Counted from the first letter of the stretch, positions 11,406 through 25,059 are shown. The stretch is DNA of 64,000 bases from Chiloscyllium plagiosum (GCF_004010195.1 NC_057711.1:74661571-74725570); one strand, 5' to 3'. The notes: generated by a model not told the origin, from the letters alone. Made by a program: numbers and translations.

Positions 11406-13122
11406 CATTTGATAAAATACAACTGGAGTATTGCTGAAAAATAGTCATTTTCTCTTTTTTTTTGCCATGCACTCACCCGGACATTGGCAAAAAACATCAA
11501 TAGAAAGGGGAACAACAGTTTTGCTCTATCAGAAGAAAGTGCTGATTGGTGGACAAGTGGATTATCAATATTCTTGTATTTTGTTGGTGTCCTGATTTCT
11601 ATCAATTACAAAACAATTCTTCCTTCAGCAAAAAAAATCTTTCCTAGAATGTCGAGGTATAGTATCATATGAATATAATCAATAAAATCAATATACACCA
11701 GGTATGAAAAATATACCCCTTCTACACATACTCATAAAAACTGAATTAATTTGTTTCTGATAAGTAGCTATTTATTGTTGTGCAATATACAACTGTGATT
11801 ATCTGTGATAGTGCAAACATTTTGATGTGCAGTGATTAGTTTCAAATTTTGTAATTTTCTATTCTTCAACAATAAACTAGGCCCTTCTGGCTCAGCCACC
11901 AGTCAATAATCATCACCATTTTTGACATTATTTTCACCAATGCCAACTAAAAATATACTCAGCAGCATGGCTATTTTTATTTTCATCACATACATTGATT
12001 AAATAACAAATGAACACCTCCTTTAGCTCAAAGGAATCAACACAATCAGTAGAAAATCTAATTTGGGAAAACATATTGGAAGTCTCAGGTAACAATTTAT
12101 TGATGAGTTAATACAAGAGAGTTTAATTTTGTTTTGGGCCTTTTAGCTACCACAATTCTAATCAAGCTATTTTAGGTCTTTATTTCAAAAGCTCAGCAGG
12201 AGATTCCATATGCAGCCCATGGAAAATCGCAGGCTAGTCTTATGTATTTTTTCTTGACATATGCTCCTGCTGCACATTGAAAGTATTAAAGTGGGAAATC
12301 TATTTTAGTGTGTATTTCATCATTCATGAGATACTAAAATATCCCTGTATGTTGACGGGAGAGTACTAAGTACAACAGGTGAGATTAAGTAACAAACAAA
12401 AGGATTCACAGAATTGAAATTGTGTTCACTGAGGAATGGAGAGGGGCACAATCCAACTTTTGTACAAGCTAATGTATCTAAAAAGGTTAATGCTGGAAAT
12501 TGTATTAAGTTCCACTCTATCTGACGATGTAATATTGGTTTGGGTTGGGATTATGCAGAACATCTTAGGATCTTGTGGTTTAAACATTTATATCCAAATG
12601 TCTCTTCATTGTCTTGGTCATAATGTCTATTTAGCAAATGTAACTTGTACCTAATTGCTATCATGCAATAAAATGCACCTTGTTAAGATGAGAACTTTTA
12701 AGCTTAAGACTCTGTAATTGTTGTTCCTCTCACATGATAAACTGAAGGGTGTTAATCATTGAAACACCATTTCCGCATGCATCCGCATATGTAAGAGGAT
12801 CAACTTTGCATTAAGGTTGCAAAAAATAAAAGGCAAAGAAGACTAAAATAAAGAGAGGAGCACTTTCAGCTCACAATGAGCGCTGCAGTCATGGCAAATG
12901 CCATGAGGCACAGCTGTGGTTAGGAAATCAAGTGCCAAACAAGTGCTTTATAATGAGGACACAGAACCAGGAACATCACAAAACAGAAATAAGGCGGCCA
13001 AAGGGATCGTCTAAAACTAAATCAGACAGAGGCTAATCGGAGGAGCTAGTTAGAACACCATCCCACCCGCACACCCACAATAACTGCAGCAGATCTGTAA
13101 ATTAAATTCTAGTGGGAAGAAT

Positions 13123-13400
13123 TTAGAATTAGAATTAGAATTAGAATTCCAACAGTGTGGACACAGGCCCTTTGGCCCAGCAAGTCCACACCGTCCCTCC
13201 GAAGAGTAACCCACCCAGACCCATTTCCCTATTCTCCACATTTCCTTCTGATTAACACACCTTAACCTGCACATCTTTGGACGGTGGGAGGAAACTGGAG
13301 TACCCAAAGGAAACCCACGCAGACACAAGGAACATGTGCAAACTCCACACAGACAGTCGCCCAAGGCTGGAATTGAACCCGGGTCCCTGGCACAGTGAAG
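13123..13400 (-). mobile_element. HE1-type SINE with (TTCTAA)n tail
   Basis: rc GGCGACTGTCTGTGTGGAGTTTGCACATG; TTAGAA repeats at 13123-13146. Confidence 0.9.
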
Positions 13401-13739
13401 CCATAATCAGAAGCTTTTATGAGGGGAAACTGTGGAAAAAGGATGTTCCTTGTGTATTAGGATCTGATAGGTGGGTAATCATTAGTTTTTTTTGCCATGG
13501 AGGTAGGAAACATCCATTTTGAATGCAAAGAAATTCTCAGTGAGGGCAGATACACAGTATTACTATTTAATATAATTGAAAGCTTAGGGAAATGAATACA
13601 TCATTGCTATATTGTTCAGTTTAAACGCATTAAGATGAGGTAGATAAACAGCAGTGCAATTTTTAGAAGGTCAAGGAAAATATATCTCAGTAGCATTAAG
13701 ATGTTGCAGCATTTAGAAGCTTTTATGTAAGAATACAAT

Positions 13740-16725
13740 ATTATTATAGAAATGCATTGCAAAATCACCTGAAAAATTTAATAGTAGAAATGGAAAGAAA
13801 TAGACATCTTAGAGAAACCAAATTTTAGTACAGAATTACATCAAGATTTAGTATTAAACACATTGTTGCATTCAATAGAACCTACAGCTGATGACAGTAA
13901 AAAAACCATTAATACCTTTGATGAAGCTTTACAAGCATTCAATGATTTCTTTCTTCTAAGAACGCATGCAATTTTTAAAATAATTTATTTTAACAGAAGA
14001 ACTCAGCATCAGGGGAAACTCTGTATAGTTCTATGAAAGATATCCTCTACTGTAAAATTGTGGCTATGGAATATTGAAATTGGAATTCATAAGATTTAGA
14101 ATTGTTTTTAGAATTATTGATGAGTCTTTGTTACATTTATTACAGTCTAAAGAACATTTGACACTAGAGAAAACGATTCACATTTTAGTGGAAATCAAAA
14201 CCAGAAGAAATTGCAAATGAATCTTGAGAAGATAAGGTCAATCTTATCACAGGATAAGAACAGGACCCATCAACTTTAGCCAAAAAAAAAACACTCTAAA
14301 GACACATGTGATGAGCTAAAACAAAGAGTAGGCTGAAGAACAAAAATCTGAGAGTTTTCGTGAGCACTGCAGAACAAAGCAGAAGTCTTTCAAGGACAAG
14401 AACTGCCCAGCAAGGACAAATTAATGCTTCATTTTCAAACATTGGCCTCTTTCTGAGGATGTGTAGAAGGAGGACAAAGTTCCAGAAAGACATGGAAGCT
14501 AGGAAACTTGAGGAAATAAATAATGTTGCCCTGAAAACTCATAAAGGTAGACAAATCTCTGGGCCTTAATCAAGGGACCTACAACATTGTGAGAAGCTAG
14601 AAGAAAAAATTGCGAGGACCCTTTCAGAGATATTTATATTATTGACAGCCATGGTTGAGGGTTTGGAAGAATGGTGGCTAATGCTGCGCCATTGTTTAAG
14701 AAATGCTGCAAGGAAAAGCCAGGGAACTATAGATCGATGAGTTTAATGTCAGAGGTGATGAAGTTGTTGGAGGGGATTCTGAAACTTGGGATATGCATTC
14801 ATTTGGAAAGGCAAGGGACTGATTAGGGATAGTCAGCATGGCTTTGCACTTGGGAAATCATGTCTCACAAATTTGAATGAATACTTTGAAGAGGTTACCA
14901 AGAAGATTGATGGAGGCAAAGTTAGAGACATTGTCTACATGGACTTCGGCAAGGTCTTCGACAAGGTCCCGCATGGTAGACTGGTTACTAAGGTTAGATC
15001 ACATGAGATCCAGGGAGAAATAACCAAAAGAATACATAATTGGTTTGATGGTAAAAGACAGAAGGTGGTGGTACAGGGTTGTTATTCAGACTGGAGGCTT
15101 GTGTGATACAAGGAATGGATCTCAGTCCATTGTTGTTAGTCATTTATATCAAATATCTGGATGAGAATATAGGAGGTATGCTTAGGAAGTTTGTGGATAA
15201 AATTGGTGGTATAGTGGACTGTTAAGAAGGTTATCTAAGAGTACATGAAATCTTGATCGGATGGGCCAATGGGCTGAGAATTGACAGATGGAGTTTAATT
15301 TAGATAGACGCAAGGTGTTGCATTTTGGCAAATGAGGACAGGACTTCAACAGTCAGTGGCAGGGGCCCTAGGGAGTGTTGTTGTTCAGAGGTACCCAGGG
15401 ATGCAGGTTCATTACTCTTTGAAATGAACCTGATACCACAGATAGACACGATGTTGAAGAAGATGTTTGATACGCTTGCCATTATTGGTCACAGCAGTGA
15501 GTATACGTGTTGAATGCCATGTTATGAATGTACAAGACATTGGTTAGGCCAATTTTGGAATATTGTGTACAATTCTGGTTACCCTGTTATAGGAACGATG
15601 TTGTTAAAACTAGACATGGTACAGAAAACACTTACAAGGATGTTGCCAGGGCTAGAGGGTTGGATAGAGAGGCTGGATAGGCTGAGACCTCTTTCTTTGG
15701 AGCATCGGAGGCTGGGGGTGACCTTATAGAGATTCGTAAAATTGTGAGGGGCAGAGATAGGGTGAATACTCAAGGTTTTTTTCCCCAGGGTAGGGGAGAC
15801 CAGAAGTAGAGGCCATATGTTTAAGGTGAGAGGGCAAAGATCTAAAATGACCTGAGGGGCAACTTTCTCACACAGAAGATGGTGCATGTATGGAATAGCT
15901 GCCACAGGAAGTTGTAGAGGTGGCTTCAATTGCAATGCTTAAAAGACATTTGGACAGGTACATGAATAGGAAAGGTTTAGAGGGAGATAAACACAGGCAA
16001 ATGGGACTAGTTCATATAAAGAAACCTGGTTGGCATAGACATGTTGGACTGAAGGGTCTGTTTCTGCACTATATGACTCTATGGTTACTCATAAAAAATG
16101 TGAATGTGAAAGATTTACCATCATTAAAAAAAATAGCCAATGTCAGTCCAGAGGAAATTAGAGACCTCACTGACTTGAGTTTAATAGAACCTGTTTATGT
16201 CAATAGACATTTCATTAATTTTAAACTTTACACAAAGGTGATTATCACTGTCTTATCAGATGGAATGCCACGGCGGAAGGAGCAGAAGTTATAGCCTGCA
16301 GAGATAGCACTACACGGCTTAGGTGACACAACTTTTAATATTAAATGTATGTTATCAATAGCTGTGCAAAACAAAGGCTGGAAGACAATTGAAACTGTAT
16401 GTATGATTTACTATCAACACCCTCCCTTTTGAGTCCAAATGCACGTATTAACTTTGGCATCTTTGAGGAAGCAAAAGGTGTTCAGTTATTTCCAAGAAGT
16501 AGTGAACATGTCAAAAGATGTTACACCAAGTGTATTCAAATAGAAGCCAATCAGAGAACAACTGGTTCAAAAACAAACTATCGTCCAATTTGCCAAGCGA
16601 CAACTGGCAAAGGATTTTCCCGGGCTTCCAAACATCAAGATGGAAGCCAAAGAGAGTAATCTCTTGGATTAACTAAATTGGCAAAAGATAATGCAGACAA
16701 AACTATGAATTATGAGCATAAGTGG
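13740..16725 (+). mobile_element. Decayed Gypsy gag-protease region interrupted by a CR1
   Basis: gag-like FNRRTQHQG...NCGYG...LEFIRFRIVFRII...LTLEKTI (~13985-14180), CCHC-like remnant near 14365-14470, protease-like VYVNRHFINFKLYTKVIITVLSD (~16190-16262). Confidence 0.65.
14540..16086 (+). mobile_element. 5'-truncated CR1 LINE (decayed)
   Basis: ORF 14786..15106 SQHGFALGKSCLTNL..VYMDFGKVFDKVPH; 3' UTR ending TATGACTCTATG. Confidence 0.9.
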
Positions 16726-17075
16726 GCAACTTGACTCACAAAAGCCTGCTCCACCATTCAATAAGATCATGGTTGAGGTAATATGTGTACAATATCCCAG
16801 CTGAGGTCTCGCAAAGTCATGTATGATTGATGCGTAACCATCCTATATCTGCATCCAATTCCTCTCACAATAAACAGTAACACTCTACTAGCTTTCCTAA
16901 TTACTGATTATACTGTACACTAAGCATTCACAAATTTTGCAGTGGGATACCTAGATCCCTTTACATCTTAGACTTCTGCAATCTCTCTCCATTTATAATA
17001 TTCTACCTGTGTATTCTTCCTGCCAAAATGTGAAACTACACATTTCCCACATGACACTCTATTTGCCAAATCTTT

Positions 17076-18288
17076 GACTGGAGGTTGGCAAACGTGGTGT
17101 CACTGTTTAAGAAGGGCGGTAAAGACAAGCCAGGGAACTATAGACCGGTGAGCCTGACCTCGGTGGTGGGCAAGTTGTTGGAGGGAATCCTGAGGGACAG
17201 GATGTACATGTATTTGAAAAGGCAAGGACTGATTCAGGATAGTCAACATGGCTTTGTGCGTGGGAAATCATGTCTCACAAACTTGATTGAGTTTTTTGAA
17301 GAAGTAACAAAGAGGATTGATGAGGGCAGAGCAGTAGATGTGATCTATATGGATTTCAATAAGGTATTCAACAAGGTTCCCCATGGGAGACTGATTAGTA
17401 AGGTTAGATCTCATGAAATACAGGGAGAACTAGCCATTTGGATACAGAACTGGCTCAAAATTAGAAGACAAATGGTGGTGGTGGAGGGTTGTTTTTCAGA
17501 CTGGAGGCCTGTGATCAGTGGAGTGCCACAAGGTTCGGTGCTGGGCCCTCTACTTTTTGTCATTTACATAAATGATTTGGATGCGAGCATAAGAGGTACA
17601 GTTAGTAAGTTTGCAGATGACACCAAAATTGAAGGTGTAGTGGACAGCAAAGAGGGTTACCTCAGATTACAACAGGATCTGAACCAGATGGGCCAATGGG
17701 CTGAGAAGTGGCAGANNNNNNNNNNNNNNNNNNNNNNNNNNNNNNNNNNNNNNNNNNNNNNNNNNNNNNNNNNNNNNNNNNNNNNNNNNNNNNNNNNNNN
17801 NNNNNNNNNNNNNNNNNNNNNNNNNNNNNNNNNNNNNNNNNNNNNNNNNNNNNNNNNNNNNNNNNNNNNNNNNNNNNNNNNNNNNNNNNNNNNNNNNNNN
17901 NNNNNNNNNNNNNNNNNNNNNNNNNNNNNNNNNNNNNNNNNNNNNNNNNNNNNNNNNNNNNNNNNNNNNNNNNNNCAGGGAGTCCAGAACTAGAGGGCAT
18001 AGGTTTAGGGTGAGAGGGGAAAGATATAAAAGAGACCTAAGGGGCAACGTTTTCATGCAGAGGGTGGTACGTGTGTGGAATGAGCTGCCAGAGGATGTGG
18101 TGGAGGATGGTACAATTGCAAGATTTAAGAGGCATTTGGATGGGTATATGAATAGGAAGGGTTTGGAGGGATATGGACCAGGTGCTGGCAGGTGGGACTA
18201 GATTGGGTTGGGATATCTGGTCGGCGTGGACAGGTTGGACCGAAGGGTCTGTTTCCATACTGTACATCTCTATGACTCTATGACTCTA
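17076..18288 (+). mobile_element. Young 5'-truncated CR1, same subfamily as 4153-5880; contains an assembly gap
   Basis: RT frame open from 17085 to the gap (GVPQGSVLGPLLF, KFADDTK); tail TCTATGACTCTATGACTCTA. Confidence 0.95.
17716..17975. other. Assembly gap (260 N)
   Basis: Run of N. Confidence 1.
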
Positions 18289-21274
18289 ACTTAACTCTTC
18301 TTATGTTAACTTCACAACTTGCTTTCCTATTTATCCCCGTATCATCTGCAAATTTAGCAACCATACCTTCTCGCACTTCATCCAATTCATATAACTTACA
18401 AAAGCTGATGCCCAAGCACTAGTCCCTTATTACATCTTGCCAACCAGGAATGATCCATTTATGTCACGCTCTGTCTTCTTTCAACTTGCCAAACATCTAA
18501 CTATACCAATACATTACCCCCTACACCATGAGCTTTTATTTTCTGCAATGACATTTAATGTGGCACCTTCTGGAAGTCTAAGCACAGTATACCTACTGTT
18601 GTCTCTTTCAAAAACTTGATCAACCATATATATCTTCCCTTTCAGAAAATCACAATGAACCTGCCAAATTATATTAAACTGCCCTAATGTCTTCAACTTC
18701 CTTCCTTATTACTGATTTTAAGCCAACTGGTTGGTAATTTCTTGTTTTGTGTCTCCCTCAGTTTTTGAATAAAGGAGTTAAATTCACTATTTTCCATTCT
18801 AATGGAACCTTCTTTGAATCCAGAGGATTGTAAAGAATTAAAACTAATGCATCAATTATCTCACTAGCCAGTTCCTTTCAGGTCGTAGGATTGAGTCCAT
18901 CAGCACTTGAGGATTTGTCAGCCTGGAGCTCCAACATTTTGCTCAGCACCATAGCTAAGTATAATTTTTGAGTTCTAACTTGTTTCCATTTCCTGACCTA
19001 CAGTTACTTCTGATTGTAGAAATATATCCTTACTTATATCCTTTACATTGAAGATTTCAAATCATTCAACATGTCCTTTATATTCATTGCTAATCGTATA
19101 GTTTTTTTTTTAACAGGAATAATGTTCATTTCGTTAACTTGTTCTAAAAATTTACAAAAATGCTTGCGATAATGTTTTATTTGTTATCATTAAGAATAAA
19201 ATCAGTGACTACACAGACTACATTTGTTAGGACATTTTCCATTCTTATAGTCAATAAGCAACCTTCAGGTGACGGAAATCAACACATTTTGCAAACAGAA
19301 GCAAATACTGGCAATGAGAATTAGCAGTGCAATCCATTCAAGCTCACCAAAAAGTTTTTAACTCAAATCATTCAGGCAGTAAAATCATCTGTCGAACAAA
19401 TTGTTATAGCAGATGCCAATTTGTGAGTTCAAGAGACACATCTCAATTTTTCAACTTCCAAATCAGAATCATAAGTACCAGTGACAAAGAAGGAAATAAG
19501 TAGCAATCATCCAGGAGTATGAATGGGGATGGGAAAATGCTTCCATACAACAACCAGAGAGGCCAATGAAGAAGTTTAGCTTACACAAAATATTAATGGA
19601 TGATGTATGGCTCAGTGGAAGCCTGGTCAACATCCTACAGATCCAGAACACAGTCAGAAAGAGGAAATTCCCTGGTTAATACTTGTTTCTGGAAAGACAT
19701 AGAAACTAACTTCTTGTTAAGAGAAAAGCTTATTTTTATTCAGGTTCTCTAACGATTTTTAATCTACCAGACCCCCTCAAAGTATATCTGTTTGGGAGAA
19801 AGAGAGGATTGTCTTGTGCATCAGGATTTCAAAAGCAAAGAAAGGGAAGCATTTGAACAGATCAACATGTTAGAAAAATATTATAGTGGATGCTGAAGTA
19901 TAAGGTAGGTAATTGGGAGTTTGGAAATATATCTGGAGGTGGGAAGGATGGTCATAAACCTATAATCAGGTCTGAAATTATATTGCAATGTTTTTTGAAA
20001 ACTGGTGAAAAGTTATGGATTATATATCTAGTGGCTAACTACAGGAATACTTTGCTTTACTGGCTCTCCTGGCCTCTCAAAAAGTAATTTGATGCTAAAA
20101 TTGAATTCCAAAAATGTCCCTTTGTCAATTGCCCTTTTCAGAGTTCGATTGCACTCAGAGTTTTATGGAAAATTATGTGCAAAAGTTATTGGCACAAGTA
20201 GATCTAAGGTTGCTCAAAAATGTTTTCGTTTAACCATACCAATCTATCTATCTACCAATATAAAACAGAAAAGATAGATTGACCTTTTTCTTATAACTCA
20301 TCAGTTATTATCTTCTATTTCTGAGCTACTGTAAACTATTTCAGAGCAACTCAGCAATGGTCAACAACATTTACTATGTAGATGGTATATTTGCAATGCT
20401 AATGAAACATAGGCTTCTTGAATGCTCATTAAAGCACAGTGCGATTACAAAATCAAAGGAAAGACTGAAGGGAGTGTGGAGGAATCCTAATAGGCAACAC
20501 AACACTCTCACTTTTCAAACTTCATAATGAATGATCATTATATAAAGCCTCAGCTTCCAGATCAAACATTCCATTGCTGCAAAACCTCTAAAATAAAAAT
20601 AACATTTTTGAAAAAACTATAATTAGATAAATGAGGTGATGAGTGTAGGGAAGAGGCTCCAATGAAGTCTAACAACAGCAAATAACAGTTGAACCCTCAT
20701 TAATCATTGTTGGACAGTCATTAAGTACTACCTTCTTATTTAATGCTCCAATGCACAATCTACATTTCTTCTTTAATAGCGAAATGGAGTCTTGTAACTT
20801 TCATTTTAGTTTGTTGGTATCTGGGGTGCAAGAGAATTAATTGTCAAATGGGTGATTTCAAGAATAATATCTTCTGAGTGGGATCAAATTTGTTATTTCA
20901 TATCTACAAACATTGAATGGAATTTCACAAGAAGTGTGTAGGCTCTGACAATGGTATCTGAAAGGAGACTCACTTGCCCGCACTTGTTAGATGTTGCCAC
21001 ATGGTAGGCATGTGTCCTATGTATGATCACAAGATGGTAATGGGCAGGAAGTGTCTGTCCCTACTGTCTGTTGACTCTATTCCAGATTGTAGTGGGCAAT
21101 AAAAAACCTGTACAGGTTTCTGGAAGTAGGGAGAACTGGTCCAAATTGAAAAAAAGTAATCATGTACCTAAAGGGCATCAGGGACTTAATTTGTGATTCA
21201 CAGCAAATCTTTCCAGAGCTGAAAATGTGTTGCTGGAAAAGTGCAGCAGGTCAGGCAGCATCCAAGGAACAGGA

Positions 21275-21309
21275 GAATCGACGTTTCGGGCATAAGCCCT
21301 TCTTCAGGA
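21275..21309 (-). ncRNA. Minimal hammerhead ribozyme core
   Basis: rc CTGAAGA-A-GGGC-TTAT-GCCC-GAAAC-GTC; plus-strand copy at 21558-21586 reads GAAACATT. Confidence 0.7.
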
Positions 21310-21527
21310 NNNNNNNNNNNNNNNNNNNNNNNNNNNNNNNNNNNNNNNNNNNNNNNNNNNNNNNNNNNNNNNNNNNNNNNNNNNNNNNNNNNNNNNNNNN
21401 NNNNNNNNNNNNNNNNNNNNNNNNNNNNNNNNNNNNNNNNNNNNNNNNNNNNNNNNNNNNNNNNNNNNNNNNNNNNNNNNNNNNNNNNNNNNNNNNNNNN
21501 NNNNNNNNNNNNNNNNNNNNNNNNNNN
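21310..21527. other. Assembly gap (218 N)
   Basis: Run of N. Confidence 1.
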
Positions 21528-22524
21528 CTTAGCCTGCTGGACACACTTTCCTCATTCCTGAAGAAGGGCTTATGCCCGAAACATTGATTCTCCTGTTCCT
21601 TGGATGCTGCCTAACCTGCTGTGCTTTTCCAGCAACACATATCAGCTCTGATCTCCAGCATCTGCAGTCCTCACTTTCTCCTCAAAAATCTTTCCAGAGC
21701 TCTGGTTTTTGGGAAAGTTGTTGTATGATCTTTCTCCTTCCTGTCATTTTACCCCCATCATTCTCCTCAATTGGATTTGTCGCGTGTATTCAACCTTACG
21801 TTGAGAAAGAAATGTCCATTCCTATTTTATTAAATTCTTCCCCTCAATTCCTGCTCTTACAGACCATAAATACCTATAGTTACTGCTAGTTCCTTGAAAT
21901 ATTCACAAACAATGGATGGTCCAAGTCGTGAGATGGCTATTTTCAGTAATACTGAGAACCGCAGAATACTTACAGCCGAGGCGGAGGCCATTTGATCTAT
22001 TGTGTTCCTGATGGTCTTCTGCAAGAGCACTTCAGCTTGTCCCATTCTTTTCTGTCTTCCTATAGCCCTGAAAAGTTTCTGTCTTCAAGGGCTTACCAAT
22101 TCCTACTTTTAGTCTTATTGTTTTTTTAATGGGTTTCAGAGCATAAGTGGGGGCTGTCGTGAATCTGCAAGGCAAACAAGTACTTGGGTGATATGTTCAG
22201 AGAGGCGGTCATACACAGGGTTAGGACATGCAGGCAGATTATAAACTGGGGAAAAGAGGGAAGAGAAAGTTGACCTGGTTGGGAAACATGTGGGAAACCT
22301 TCCCAAGTGTTTCTACTACATGAAACTTGGGCATGTAAATGAAAATTATTGGTTTTGGTATTTTCCAGCTTCTGTAGCTTTAAAGGTAATCAGCACTTTC
22401 TCAGGCATCATTATGGGACAGAAAAACTGCCAGCAGTTTGTGTTAAAACATGTATTAAGCATCAAGCTGAAGACTGAATGCTCATACCATTTAATGTTTC
22501 AAAACAAAGAGCTTGGCTACTATA

Positions 22525-23025
22525 TGTTTCAGATGAGACATTAAGTGAAGGCATCACTCTGCTGTATGGGGTGAACACCGAACATCCCATGTCACTACTT
22601 ATAGAAGAACTGATAGATTATCCCCAATATTCTGGTCAATACCATCAGGGCAGCACATTGACTCAGTGGTTAGTACTGCTGCCTTACAGCACCAGGAACC
22701 CAGGTTTGATACCAGCCCCGGGAGTCCGTTTCTGTGGAGCTTTTACATTCTTCCTCTGTCTGTGTGGGTTTCTGCTGCATGCCTAGTTTCCTCCCACAGT
22801 CCAAAGATATATAGCTTAAGTGGATTGGCTATGATAGTTGCCCCATAGTATTCAAGGATGTGGAGAGTAGGTGGGTTAGCTGTGTTAAGTCTGTGTTTAC
22901 AGGGACACTGTTGGAGGCTCGGTTTGGGTGGGATGCACTTTGGAGAGTTGATACAGACTGAATTACCTTTTTATACACTGTCGGAATTCTATGATTCAAT
23001 ATTTATCAATCAATATCACTAATGA
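22525..23025 (+). mobile_element. Ancient DeuSINE-like (AmnSINE/SacSINE-related) remnant split by an HE1 SINE
   Basis: TTTCAGATGAGACATTAA...CATCCCATGTCACTACTTATAGAAGAAC...CTGGTCAATA / TTTATCAATCAATATCACTAA resembles the Deu domain as I recall it. Confidence 0.5.
22648..22996 (+). mobile_element. HE1-type SINE (diverged)
   Basis: Head GGGCAGCACATTGACTCAGTGGTTAGTACTGCTGCC, body and tail recognisable. Confidence 0.85.
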
Positions 23026-23299
23026 CTGAACAACATTCACATATATTTGTTTAACTTCATCCTTGTTTCTTGTCTTTAATTTAACAAGGAAAATATATAT
23101 TGTTCCTTTCATAATTTCAGTATGACCCAAAGCTCTTTACAACCAAAGAAATGTTTTGAGCTGTCAACGTGGTGAAACTGCATACTGTGTCTCTTGTAGG
23201 TATATTGACATACTGACCATGGGATATAACATAATGACAGCAGAATTCAGTGATCCTCCACCAACGTATCAGGTTTAACCTCTGCATTCCTACCACATG

Positions 23300-24130
23300 C
23301 AGTTATGAATAATGGTCGACATTTAAGACAAACATTAGAAGAGGAGGATCCACAAATATCTCCATCGTCAATGATAGGACAATGCTCAGCATATCAATGC
23401 AAAGGATAGGTCTGAAGTATTTGAAGTGATCTTCAGCAAGATGTGCCAATTTGATGGTTCATCTCAGACTCCTTCTAAGCTTTCCATCATCACAGATGCC
23501 TGTCTTCAACTAATTCAATTTACTCCATAAGATATTAAGGAATGGTTGAAAAGTGCAAAGTTTAGGGCCCAAAGAACATTCCACCATTAGTAATAGAAAC
23601 TTGTGCTCCAGATGTACCCATGCCCAAAGCCAACTTGTACCAATACAGTAACAGCACTGATATCTACCCAGCAATGTGGAAAATTGCACAGGTGAGTATT
23701 GTTCTTGAAAAGCAGGACCTAACCTAACCAATTACTGTCCCATCATTTCATACCCGATCATGAGTAAGAAGCTAAAAGACAGCGCAATCAAGTGATACAA
23801 GCCCAGCAATAACCTACACACTGAAGCTTTGTTTGTATTCTGCCTAGTCTACTCAGCTCTTGACCTGATATAGTCTTGGTGCAAACACAAACAAAAGAAG
23901 GTCAAGGCAATATTTGACCAAATATGGCATCAAGGAGTCCTCGCAAAAATCTGAAATCAATGGAAAACAGGGGAAAATCATTTCATTTACTGGTTTCACA
24001 TTGAGCACAAAGGAGAACAGTTGGAAGTCAATCAACTTAGTTCCAAAACATCATAGAAGGATTTTCTCAGGATGGGCCTAAACATCTTCAGCTGTTTCAT
24101 CAAAGACCTTCTGTCATAAAGCTAGAAGTA
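23300..24130 (+). mobile_element. CR1/L2-group LINE (second family), tether and RT fragment
   Basis: RGGSTNISIVND, MWKIAQVS..LEKQD, NYCPII and AIFDQIWHQG motifs (cf. AFDxVWH). Confidence 0.7.
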
Positions 24131-24134
24131 AGGA

Positions 24135-25000
24135 CTACAGCACCTCATAGATGCCCAATCTTGAGTTGCTAGATCGGTTCAAAATCTTTCCCATTTAGCA
24201 CAATGGTCCAGTTACACAACATGATGGAGGTGTCCTCAATGTGAAGATAAGATTTATTCTCCATAAGGACTATGTGGTGGTCATTCCTACCCATACTGTC
24301 AGATGCATTTATAAAATCCAATTGGTGAGGATGAGGTCAGGTATGTTTCTTCTGCTGGCCCAACTTATGTCGTCATGTCTTTTAGGACTCAGCCAGCTTG
24401 ATCAGCAGTGTTGCTGCCAAGCCACTCTTCATGATGGAGATTGAAGTCCCTCACCAGATTACATTTTGTGCCCCACCCACCCTTAGTGCTTCCTTCAAGA
24501 GGTGCTCAGCATGGAGGAGTAATCCTTCATCCACTGAGGTGGATGGTAATCGGTAGGAATATTCATGTTTGACTATGTCTAGCCTGATGCCATGAGACTT
24601 CATGGGGTCTGGGGTCAATGTTAAGGACGTCCGAATTGTTTACCACAGTGTCACCACCTTCATTCAGTAATGGTGATAATGGTGTTGTCTGCGACATTGT
24701 CTGTAAGGTCTGATTCCATGAGTACGACTGTGTCAGGCTGTTGCTTGACCAGTCAAAAGAAAGCAAATTGCTGCAGATGCTTAAGATCGGAAATTTAAAA
24801 AAATACACAGAGTACTGACAAAACTCTGCTTTCTGGCAGCATCTGTTGGGAGGGAAACACTTTTCTGTTTCCATTTTATTGCTTGGCTAGTTTATGAGCC
24901 TGCTCTGCCAGTTTTGGTGCTAGCCCTTATCTGTTAGGAAGGAGAACCTTGCAGGTTTGACAGAGCTTGCTGTTTCCAGTACCGAGGTCAATGCCAAGAT
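24135..25000 (-). mobile_element. Probably the same LINE family, endonuclease fragment in the opposite orientation
   Basis: rc LVRDFNLHHEEWL (cf. GDFN), SYGE-like remnant of the SDH region, and AKWERF*TDLA. Confidence 0.65.
24741..24891. mobile_element. Short Penelope-derived insert with an imperfect 13 bp TSD
   Basis: TTGCTTGACCAGT (24741-24753) and TTGCTTGGCTAGT (24879-24891) flank CTGCAGATGC...GGCAGCATCTG. Confidence 0.55.
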
Positions 25001-25059
25001 TTTTTTTTTCAGGCATTTTATGACATTTAAATGCAACTGACTCTATTTGCAATCCCTGG

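Larger units (their letters stand above)
16725..19170 (-). mobile_element. Old CR1 LINE split by a younger CR1
   Basis: Reverse-complement CR1 3' UTR at 16725, RT-like pieces at 16800-17075 and 18290-19170. Confidence 0.65.
21205..21701. mobile_element. Penelope-derived element with inverted hammerhead-containing termini and a 16 bp TSD
   Basis: AAATCTTTCCAGAGCT at 21205-21220 and 21686-21701; arms 21217-21309 and about 21556-21648 are inverted; centre is a gap. Confidence 0.85.

Noticed and set aside
21162..21587. ORFs spanning N runs (also 17662-18056)
   Set aside because: Artefacts of translating assembly gaps
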